DNA from: Candidatus Micrarchaeota archaeon
Lineage (GTDB): Archaea; Micrarchaeota; Micrarchaeia; Anstonellales; Bilamarchaeaceae
NCBI GenBank assembly: GCA_013425375.1
Contig: JACCLH010000086.1
Span: forward strand, 1-40,487
Direction of reading: 5' to 3'
Length of the DNA stretch: 40,487 nucleotides
Shown: piece after piece, positions 34,601 through 40,487 of the stretch
Position numbering within the stretch: the first letter of the stretch is position 1
Layout of the letters: every line of letters starts with the position of its first letter
The notes under the pieces: model-generated
Told to the model about the DNA's origin: nothing
Databases searched by the model: none
What the model saw: only the letters and a program-made list of their open reading frames with translations
Program-made: the position numbers and the translations under genes

Positions 34601-36038
34601 CCTTGTTCTCCTGCCTCTCGGCCATGATATTCCCGATGTTCTTGTCGTCGATTCTGTCCTTTGACCTGAGCAGGTGGCCCTTGAACTCGCGGGTCAGTTC
34701 CTTGGCGATGGATTCAGGGCTGCTGTTTTTCCTGTATTTCTCAAGATCTTTCTGTATCTCAGCCAATTGCGCCTCTGCCTCCTCCCTTGCGCCCCTGGCC
34801 TGGTCCAGCGCATCCCCTGCGGACTCGACCAACTGCGCCAGCTGCGGAGAATCCTTCGCGAGCGTGACCGTTCCTGAGGCGCTGGGCACATCGACGCTCC
34901 CTTTATCATCAGCCTCTGCCTTCATCTTCGCAATATCATCATTCCTTTTCGCAGCGCTCTCCTCAGCAACCATGGCAGCGCCCGCCTTGCCTGCGGCGAC
35001 CCGCGCTTTCTGCTCCTTCTCGCCCAGCGTATTCGCGTATTCCTGGGCATATCCTGGGCAAGGGACCTGAAGCTCCGGATGGAGCCTGTCGGCCGGAGCC
35101 ATGAGCATGGATGTGACATTGTTCTCGAACGCTTCCGAAGCCCATCCTATCGGGCCGACGGATTCCTCGTAGAGGTACCTGCTGATGTATTCTGTGTCCA
35201 CCATCGTCCTGGCCGGGTGCTTCTGCCAATCAGTGAATGTCCTCATCAGGGAAAGGTTGTACACCACAGCGGCACAGAACGGGCCCTCTGCGTTCGGGCG
35301 CACGTCCTGTGCGACGCTCTCCAGGAACATGAAGAACGCCTCGGGCGGTTTCGGAGCGCCTGTCATAGACCATCCCTTCTCATTGTCCCACAGTGCGGCC
35401 TTCCCCAGCATGGTCGTGAATATGATGTCCAGTTCATGGGTGGTGATGTCGCCGACCAGGTAATCCGGATGGGTCCGCGCGTGTTCCAGCTGGTCTGCGA
35501 GCCTATTCCTCTTCTTCAGCATGTCCTTCTCGTATTCGCTGTCAAGCGGCTCCATGGGGGTGGGTATGCCCCTCACCCTTATCGCTTTGACGAACATCGG
35601 GTTGCACACGACCTCCCTGATGAGCGAATCCGAGTCCTGCGCGGACCTGTTCTCGCTCCTCCTGATGGCTGCTTGCAGGCGGTTCTTCACGATAGTGGTG
35701 TCTGCGCCCTGTTGCATCTTCGGGTCAAGCCTCGGCGCGCCTCCTGTGGCCTTCGTCCGGTCCACATTGGCTTCCGTATCCTGCTCACTGCCCTCAAGCT
35801 TTTTCCTCTTATTGAATCTGACTTCCTCATCATGCTCGGATTCAGCATCCGTGATTTTCCGCTTAGCTTCCTTCCTGGGCTCCGCATTGGTCTTGGACCA
35901 GGGATTTAGGACCTGATGTGCGGTTCCAGCGACCTTCACAACCGGATTCCTGCCTGCCCTCTCGCCCCACGCATTCTTGGTTTTGTCCAATGTCCTTCCT
36001 ACGAATCCCGCCATAGTTTCACCTAGTTCTCCCACCAT
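31629..36038 (-). CDS. Giant protein A (1469 aa), one predicted hydrophobic helix, unknown function
   Basis: An uninterrupted ORF. ATG 36038 and ATG 36014 are both possible; the latter has AGGTGA 4-5 nt upstream. One hydrophobic helix (IVSGVFWAGLKSYIILPAAFSLVVGSG) is encoded at about 33725-33815. Confidence 0.8.
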   Translation of the reverse strand: MVGELGETMAGFVGRTLDKTKNAWGERAGRNPVVKVAGTAHQVLNPWSKTNAEPRKEAKRKITDAESEHDEEVRFNKRKKLEGSEQDTEANVDRTKATGGAPRLDPKMQQGADTTIVKNRLQAAIRRSENRSAQDSDSLIREVVCNPMFVKAIRVRGIPTPMEPLDSEYEKDMLKKRNRLADQLEHARTHPDYLVGDITTHELDIIFTTMLGKAALWDNEKGWSMTGAPKPPEAFFMFLESVAQDVRPNAEGPFCAAVVYNLSLMRTFTDWQKHPARTMVDTEYISRYLYEESVGPIGWASEAFENNVTSMLMAPADRLHPELQVPCPGYAQEYANTLGEKEQKARVAAGKAGAAMVAEESAAKRNDDIAKMKAEADDKGSVDVPSASGTVTLAKDSPQLAQLVESAGDALDQARGAREEAEAQLAEIQKDLEKYRKNSSPESIAKELTREFKGHLLRSKDRIDDKNIGNIMAERQENKALMDLLKQAEELKTERASFDRLLLMKRMSEGVAGKQAKVADDDVFGKRIDAFEEKMEAFRQELAAAPIPAETRERLAWMATTLGNLEFAATIKPKAVKDASGAHDHATKALTEQTEYISREIDDIRKTHGQPIRKVVELSLKKAKERKESNPLGISDGQRMLARSMFEEISTDPEHGVTKHEGSFKSAINWILQNVFDPNVYINTGRRVFLHILPGKQFFGDYNKSEKRYTGGDLLYRNWFQKITWPDQDADGNDILHVSTIPRIVSGVFWAGLKSYIILPAAFSLVVGSGEGHWYKPWSWPSAGIRATGLVNGPLYINDASSHLYYPWTWFLPVESQRDTRAYRDDSYDIAWKLPERGYDVYRSQYGVGNALPGEEYERTNWLAANVSDRLCGIVQCDGPTERLNWLENHPDVLKFLQERTSMRRFVSVKDIGAGPENCTNPKEAIPKSCQDPDGLNFMRYKDAKAEVPDIEASWRAIADYEPATIGKEGWDPKMGVCCTIDLSTYPVDDGRVLNRYESDRFVDTLMALEGKAKKVNYWFLTDPKNAAFVESIVDQALEKKDKKEEKKDKEAFMTKLAELKKSNTKVDAAFLAKPANKAFADALGKVGDTEMVMDHKFLTHPTNMMNWTTQGFLITAAEKDLVDNIKTTNRSNVAFLHNQGSGRISTFVNMCGMKGRAERWVKEDKRDAFVGNWMAEVKKAIPGVNLAIAYVPEDVLNTAFDTTKAAAEKSGWVENTEPEFRRYQIANKMKRLLSIDVSKPLDLPTVQALDVLTAKDNEDIVGLLGKFEKSGVKYYASVSSSREFIQKLAEHKAAKGKVEDYDPFTDPPGYLVQYAVGKGYITTDAAPQEGRMDIPKLSEEAKRFYTSTSQELFTKGVELSIQQLHEDKRADGKLAAEVMGSAFGGATAAIDESLKQWIYVGFASVKDPVTYATDSGILVTKDTGNAVTAAEVKDADKARMTLRSRMLNLLKKLKPAETTAPASPPAKN

Positions 36039-36080
36039 CTAGTATTGATTGTATTTTGTAGCATTATGTGTGAGATAGCC

Positions 36081-36088
36081 TTTTTAAA
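36081..36088 (-). promoter_or_regulatory. TTTAAAAA box upstream of giant gene A
   Basis: The minus strand reads acaTTTAAAAAggc about 43 nt upstream of ATG 36038, in the 216-nt ftsY-A gap. Confidence 0.4.
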
Positions 36089-36254
36089 TGTATTTTTTAG
36101 TGGTTTTTTGCGAAAAGTAGGCGGATGGCTCCACAAAGGCTGGACGCATCTCAACGTTCTTCTCTGTTTTCGCCGGGCGGCAAGGTGGCGTGGGTTCCTG
36201 CCATCAAAATGCCACGCCGGCAGACGCTGTCTTCACCGACCGCTGACTGCCTGA

Positions 36255-37679
36255 TTAGTCCACGATTCTGGATGCTATGGCTGAAGGGTCGAACCTTTCC
36301 AGGTCCTCGTACTTCTGGCCGACACCGACATATATTATCGGTATCCCTGTGGCCCTGCTTATGGAAAGCATGGTGCCTCCCTTCGGGTCGCAGTCCAGTT
36401 TCGTGAGTATGACCGCATCCACGCCCACTTCCCTGTTGAACGATGATATCTGCTCTATCATGGCATTGCCGGCTATGCTCTCGCCGATATAAATCGTGAG
36501 GTCCGGCTCTATCACCCTCCTCATCTTCTTCATCTCGTTGATGAGGCTGATGTTGGTGTCCTGCCGTCCTGCGGTGTCTATGAGGACCGCATCCATCCCA
36601 TGGGCCTTGGCGTAATTGACAGCGTCATAGGCCACTGATGTCGGGTCGCTCCCATAGTCCCTTTTTATGACCTTGACTCCGAGCCGGTCCGCATGCACAG
36701 ACATCTGCTCTATGGCAGCTGCCCTGAAGGTGTCTGCCGCAGCGAACACGACCTTCTTATTGCTGTTCATGAGCAGCTTCGCGACTTTCGCTATGGTCGT
36801 GGTCTTGCCAGCCCCGTTTATGCCGATGAACATTATCCTGACTGGCTTCTCAGATGCCTCCACCCTCTCAACGATGTCGAATGATTTCTCGTTGGTCAGC
36901 ACATCCACCAACGTGTCCCTGATGGAGCCGCTCACGAAGGAATGGAGCTTGCCCTTCGCGACCTTGGAGCCGATGAGCTTGCCGCGGAGCTCCTGCGTTA
37001 TGCCCTCTGCCACGCCCATCTCCACATCAGCTTCAAGCAGCTCCAGCTCAAGCCCCTCAAGCATCTCCTTGACGTCGCCCTCGCTTATCTCCACTTCCCT
37101 TGTTATGATGCCCTTGACCGTTCCGAGGATTCCAAGCTTTATGCGCTCCTTCGGCTTCTCTTCGGGTTCAACAACCCCGACCTGCGTCTCGCGTTTCGTT
37201 GCTTCAACAACTACCTCTCCAACTTCCTTCTCGCGTCCAACCTCGCCGCCAACCCCACCCCCCACTTCCGTCTCGCGTTTCGGAGATGTCTCGGGTTTTG
37301 GTTTTACTGGTTTTTGAAGCGTTATCGGTTTCGCGATCTCGGGTTTTGTTTCGATTTTCGGTGTTGGTGCGGGTTTCGCTTTTTCCGGTTCGGATTTTTG
37401 TTTTTCCGGTTTCGCTTTCGGGAGTTCGAGTTTCGGTGCTTTAGGGAGTTCAAGTTTCGGCAGTAATGGTTTCGGTTCTGGTTTTTTTTCTGGAACGGGT
37501 TTCGCTATCTCTGGTTTTTGTTTTGTTGGTTGCACCGGTTTCTCTTTCTCAGGTTCCAGCCTTGTCTCGGGAACCTCTTCCGGCAATCGCTCTGGGGGTT
37601 TTTCCCCGGCCTTCTTCTCTTCCTTCCTGGTAAGGCCGTCTATGAAGCCGCCAATCTTCTTCTTGAGGAAGTCGAACAT
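36255..37679 (-). CDS. ftsY: Signal recognition particle receptor FtsY with a long K/P/E-rich N-terminal domain
   Basis: The NG domain has GINGAGKTTTIAKVA (G1), DTAGRQ (G3) and TKLD (G4). The first roughly 190 aa are K/P/E-rich and include a 24-nt tandem duplication (37420-37460) encoding LELPKAPK/LELPKAKP. Confidence 0.9.
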   Translation of the reverse strand: MFDFLKKKIGGFIDGLTRKEEKKAGEKPPERLPEEVPETRLEPEKEKPVQPTKQKPEIAKPVPEKKPEPKPLLPKLELPKAPKLELPKAKPEKQKSEPEKAKPAPTPKIETKPEIAKPITLQKPVKPKPETSPKRETEVGGGVGGEVGREKEVGEVVVEATKRETQVGVVEPEEKPKERIKLGILGTVKGIITREVEISEGDVKEMLEGLELELLEADVEMGVAEGITQELRGKLIGSKVAKGKLHSFVSGSIRDTLVDVLTNEKSFDIVERVEASEKPVRIMFIGINGAGKTTTIAKVAKLLMNSNKKVVFAAADTFRAAAIEQMSVHADRLGVKVIKRDYGSDPTSVAYDAVNYAKAHGMDAVLIDTAGRQDTNISLINEMKKMRRVIEPDLTIYIGESIAGNAMIEQISSFNREVGVDAVILTKLDCDPKGGTMLSISRATGIPIIYVGVGQKYEDLERFDPSAIASRIVD

Positions 37680-37715
37680 ATTACCAACGAAAATATAGAA
37701 GTAAAACGGGAAAAA

Positions 37716-38168
37716 TCAGATGTAATCCTCGCGGATGTTGCCTTCCACCTTGTCGCTGAGCTGGGTCTGGGTTTGCATCTGCTGGATCTGACCTGCGATC
37801 TCGCGGAGCTTGCTGGCTATCCTGTTGAACTCCTCGTTCAGCTTCTCCACGGCCTTCTTGGTCGCTTCTATGCGCCTCCTCAGCTCGTTCTCGGCATCTC
37901 CTTTCTCCATCTCGAGCATGTACTCGGCGCCTATGGGTATGAGTATCCTGGTCTGGGCTATCGTGCCGCGGACCATCGCACCGCCGCCTATGGGTATGAG
38001 AGCCGACTCGGCGCTCAGGTTCTCCACGGTCCTGAGGGCGTTGGCGAGGTCTATGGTCGTGAGGCTGACCCTTTCGGTCTCGCGCTTTATCATCGCGACC
38101 TGCTCGCGGTACACCGCCAGCTCATAACCGAGCTGCATCTGCATCTCTTCAGCTGAAGCCATAATCAT
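37716..38168 (-). CDS. pfdA: Prefoldin alpha subunit
   Basis: 150 aa with a coiled coil, beta hairpins (LIPIGGGAMVRGTI...ILIPIGAEYMLE) and a second coiled coil. Its ATG overlaps the stop of rplX (ATGA). Confidence 0.8.
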   Translation of the reverse strand: MIMASAEEMQMQLGYELAVYREQVAMIKRETERVSLTTIDLANALRTVENLSAESALIPIGGGAMVRGTIAQTRILIPIGAEYMLEMEKGDAENELRRRIEATKKAVEKLNEEFNRIASKLREIAGQIQQMQTQTQLSDKVEGNIREDYI

Positions 38169-38347
38169 CCCTTAGCCTTCTCCACCTTATCAATTTTAAT
38201 CTTATTCCTGGGCAGGCCGCACGCGGAGCCGAGCAGCGCGTATGTCTTGTGCTTCGCCATATTCTCGCTAGCCGCCTCCACCTGCTTGGAGAACGTCCTC
38301 TCCTCTATACCGAGCGTCATCTTGCCGCTCACATTGAACAAAGCCAT
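38165..38347 (-). CDS. rplX: Ribosomal protein LX (L18Ae/L20A family)
   Basis: 60 aa: MALFNVSGKMTLGIEERTFSKQVEAASENMAKHKTYALLGSACGLPRNKIKIDKV. This fits the LX pattern and the conserved position between aIF6 and pfdA. AAGGTGAT lies upstream. Confidence 0.7.
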   Translation of the reverse strand: MALFNVSGKMTLGIEERTFSKQVEAASENMAKHKTYALLGSACGLPRNKIKIDKVEKAKG

Positions 38348-38367
38348 ATCATCACCTTATGCGAATA

Positions 38368-39030
38368 TCATCTTATGAGCCCGAGCGCTTCCTCGAGCCT
38401 TCCTATCTCGAATGCGGTGGTCTTCTCCCCGACCACGTATCCGTTCCGGTTCACCACGGCGCCGTAGGACACGAACCCTGTGCCTGTGTTCACGGTCCCC
38501 TTGTTGCCGTCCACCTTCAGCGCGCCCCTCAACTCCTTCAGGTCGTGCTCGCTGCAGCCATAGTGCGCCAGGAACCCTGTGTTCGTGGCTATGCATGCGC
38601 TCCCGACGGTAGAATACTCCCCGATTTTCATCGGGACGAGCTCCACTCCGAGGACGTCTTCCATTACCTTGGCTTCTGCCCTGGGTATGTGCGGGTTTAT
38701 GATGCCGCCCTTGTCGTTCACGGCTATGTTGTTGCCGAGGGCGTTGTCCCTGGCCTCGGAGATATGGACGTTCAGGCCGCTCTTCTTCAGGAGCGCCATC
38801 TCCTCCTTCCTGGCTATGTTTGGCAGCACCACGCCGTTGGAGTTCATGGCCGTGTAGATGCCGAGCAGGTTGGAGTCTGCCATGCCGACCTTCACTATCT
38901 CGGTCTTAAGGCTGGCCGCCACCGCCGCATCCAGCTTGTTCACGCTGTCAATCGGCAGCATGGTTACGGAATCGTTGGTTTTGATGAACATCCCTATCCA
39001 GGGATTCCCGAAATATGAGGTCCGTCTCAT
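38368..39030 (-). CDS. eif6: Translation initiation factor 6 (aIF6)
   Basis: 220 aa with the pentein-repeat pattern FGNPWIGMFIKTND...SNLLGIYTAMNSNGVVLPN...NALGNNIAVNDKGGIINP...STVGSACIATNTGFLAH. Its ATG overlaps the rpl31e stop (ATGA). Confidence 0.9.
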   Translation of the reverse strand: MRRTSYFGNPWIGMFIKTNDSVTMLPIDSVNKLDAAVAASLKTEIVKVGMADSNLLGIYTAMNSNGVVLPNIARKEEMALLKKSGLNVHISEARDNALGNNIAVNDKGGIINPHIPRAEAKVMEDVLGVELVPMKIGEYSTVGSACIATNTGFLAHYGCSEHDLKELRGALKVDGNKGTVNTGTGFVSYGAVVNRNGYVVGEKTTAFEIGRLEEALGLIR

Positions 39031-39428
39031 CTGGTTTCCTTCTTCGCAGGCTCGGCCTTGGGCGCCTCTGGCTTTTTCTCTTCCTTCTTCGCCTCAGGCT
39101 TCTTGTCCTTGGCCTCAGCCTTCTTGTCCTCGCCCTTCTTCTCCTCTTTCTTCTTGGGCTCCTCGGGCTTCTCGTCCGGCAGGTACGCCCTTATGGCGCC
39201 ATCATCTTTCACGAGCCTGACCTTGACGCGCCTGGGCGGCTTCTGGATGCTGCGCTCCCAGAGATAGGCGTTCAATGCCGTGCTGAGCAGTATGCGCTCG
39301 CCGTCGGCCTTCATGTGCCTGGCCATGAATGTCCGTATGATCTTGACCGCCCTGGGCACCCTCTTGTTCCTCACCGCATCGTAAGCCTTCCCGAGCGGGA
39401 TTGTGTAAATCCTTTCAAGTTTGGCCAT
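39027..39428 (-). CDS. rpl31e: Ribosomal protein L31e with a K/E/P-rich C-terminal tail
   Basis: The core is MAKLERIYTIPLGKAYDAVRNKRVPRAVKIIRTFMARHMK...VKVRLVKDDG. It is followed by a tail of about 48 aa: DEKPEEPKKKEEKKGEDKKAEAKDKKPEAKKEEKKPEAPKAEPAKKETR. GAGGTGA lies 7 nt upstream. Confidence 0.9.
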   Translation of the reverse strand: MAKLERIYTIPLGKAYDAVRNKRVPRAVKIIRTFMARHMKADGERILLSTALNAYLWERSIQKPPRRVKVRLVKDDGAIRAYLPDEKPEEPKKKEEKKGEDKKAEAKDKKPEAKKEEKKPEAPKAEPAKKETR

Positions 39429-39444
39429 CAGTGTTCACCTCAAA

Positions 39445-39609
39445 TCAATCCGAGTCAGGGATGCGGAGCTTGTCTGTCCTCCAGCTCCTCCGTCTCCTGT
39501 TGACTGTCACCCTCCTGTTCGTCCTTATCATGACAAAGGCAGGTATCCTCCTTATCTTCCTCGCCGCCTTGGCGAGTCTCTTCTTCTTTCCCAATCCTCT
39601 AGCACCCAT
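39445..39609 (-). CDS. rpl39e: Ribosomal protein L39e (54 aa; below the ORF-track size cutoff)
   Basis: Hand translation of the minus strand gives MGARGLGKKKRLAKAARKIRRIPAFVMIRTNRRVTVNRRRRSWRTDKLRIPDSD followed by TGA. This is a classic L39e pattern at the conserved position upstream of rpl31e. Confidence 0.85.
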   Translation of the reverse strand: MGARGLGKKKRLAKAARKIRRIPAFVMIRTNRRVTVNRRRRSWRTDKLRIPDSD

Positions 39610-39654
39610 GAAAAACCCTCTGCATAAAAGGAACCAAGGTTCCTTTTTAATCTT

Positions 39655-39942
39655 CTATTTTTTGTGGAACGTTATCGTTGTTTTGGTCTCGCTCTGCTCC
39701 CGTATCGCGCGGAGCATGGCGAGCGCTTCGGCGTCCGTGAGCTTCCTGCCCATCCTCTTGAAAGCCATGAGGATGTTCCTGGCTGCGGTGAGATAGAGCT
39801 CGCTGTTGGCCACGGAAACGTTCATGAGCCGGTCATAGGCCTGCTCGTCCAAGGCCATCCTGAGGGTGGCCTTGAGCTGCTCCTGGGCCTGTTTCGCCTC
39901 GAGCTTTTTCTGCCTGGCCTGCTCGAGCTCCTCATCTCCCAT
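39655..39942 (-). CDS. PDCD5/TFAR19-like DNA-binding protein
   Basis: 95 aa. ELEQARQKKLEAKQAQEQLKATLRMALDEQAYDRLMNVSVANSELY...ILMAFKRMGRKLTDAEALAML matches the archaeal PDCD5-like family and its usual position next to rps19e. Confidence 0.75.
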   Translation of the reverse strand: MGDEELEQARQKKLEAKQAQEQLKATLRMALDEQAYDRLMNVSVANSELYLTAARNILMAFKRMGRKLTDAEALAMLRAIREQSETKTTITFHKK

Positions 39943-39944
39943 GT

Positions 39945-40352
39945 TCAGACGCTCTCTTTGGCTGCCTCATCCATGAGCTTCCTGCCCCTGGGCGAGATGG
40001 TCCTGCCGCTCTTGCCTTTCAGCAGCAGCCCTGCCTTCTCCAGTTCCTGTATGGCCTTCCTTATGGTGGAGCCGCCGGCCGGCATGTGCCTCTCAGGCTT
40101 CACGCCCCTGCGTTTCCTTCCGCCATAGTGCCTGCGGAGCCTTCGGGTGCCCACTGTGCCGTTGACATATATCTGCCTTAGGACAGAGGCGCATCTGAAG
40201 TACCAGAAATCCTCCTGCCCGGGCGGCCTTGATGCGTGGGCGCCTGTCTTGACCAAGCCGACAAACGCCGGCTTCGCTAGCTTCATGCTTTTCAGCTTCT
40301 CTGCTGTCTTCCCTATGAGCTTGTTGGGCTCAACATCAAATACTGTGACCAT
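39945..40352 (-). CDS. rps19e: Ribosomal protein S19e
   Basis: From ATG 40352 the protein reads MVTVFDVEPNKLIGKTAEKLK...KTGAHASRPPGQEDFWYFRCASVLRQIY...GGRKRRGVKPERHMPAGGSTIRKAIQELEKAGL. GGGGTG lies upstream. The track start at 40421 adds 23 unlikely residues. Confidence 0.9.
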   Translation of the reverse strand: MVTVFDVEPNKLIGKTAEKLKSMKLAKPAFVGLVKTGAHASRPPGQEDFWYFRCASVLRQIYVNGTVGTRRLRRHYGGRKRRGVKPERHMPAGGSTIRKAIQELEKAGLLLKGKSGRTISPRGRKLMDEAAKESV

Positions 40353-40487
40353 CCATACACCCCGCTGATGCAACTCAAACGGAAAATTGGATACGATTTG
40401 CAGAAGTGGATTTAATCGCAATCCTATTAAAATCTATCCCCGGGGTCCGGGAGGCTGTCCGCGTCCTCGTCAAGCATGCACGTCCAG

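Noticed and set aside
37170-37480. Repetitive DNA (ggtttcg/tttcgg units and a 24-nt tandem duplication) that looks like a tandem-repeat or CRISPR-like region.
   Set aside because: It lies entirely inside the FtsY reading frame and encodes the K/P/E-rich A domain. There is no repeat-spacer periodicity.
40427-40487. A possible 3' end of another minus-strand gene at the right edge (...WTCMLDEDADSLPDPGDRF, then TAA at 40427-40429).
   Set aside because: Only 19 codons are visible with no recognisable motif, so this cannot be distinguished from a chance open frame.
1-40487. A search for CRISPR arrays, rRNA, tRNA and C/D-box sRNA signatures in all intergenic gaps.
   Set aside because: None were found by eye: no regularly spaced direct repeats, no cloverleaf-compatible segments, and no RUGAUGA...CUGA pairs in the gaps.

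Overview
This is an archaeal chromosomal window. It carries the archaea-specific markers aTrm56, aIF6, L31e, L39e, LX, S19e, prefoldin alpha, FtsY and a geranylgeranyl reductase. GC is roughly 55-60% by eye. Most first genes have a TATA-like box about 21-25 nt upstream of the ATG, which suggests leaderless transcripts. Lineage below domain level cannot be established from the window.

Layout:
- 1-11.6 kb holds mixed housekeeping and accessory genes. These are a tnpB 3' remnant, an SDR epimerase, a ThyX-like protein, a low-GC two-gene islet, a flavin reductase, a RelE/ParE-like toxin, a wHTH gene, a ferredoxin-GGR pair, DJ-1/PfpI, Prs, an ankyrin protein, a phosphohexomutase and aTrm56.
- 11.6-36.0 kb (60% of the window) is a co-directional minus-strand cluster. 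It encodes four very large proteins with no domains I can recognise (A 1469 aa, C about 2781 aa, D 655 aa, E about 2944 aa) plus a small basic protein B.
- 36.3-40.4 kb is the conserved archaeal string rps19e, PDCD5-like, rpl39e, rpl31e, aIF6, rplX, pfdA, ftsY.

The giant-gene cluster is the main candidate for an undescribed system. Its members share a short module found at the A C-terminus, the C C-terminus, probably the D N-terminus, and inside E. E also contains a roughly 65-aa internal repeat family and a beta-rich, aromatic-rich C-terminal part ending in Phe. C has a mid-protein cluster of hydrophobic helices.

A second notable element is a 190-nt array of perfect palindromes (TGTTCG-N6-CGAACA, three copies) in the gap upstream of the ferredoxin-GGR operon.

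All calls rest on reading the sequence and remembered family signatures. No searches were run.
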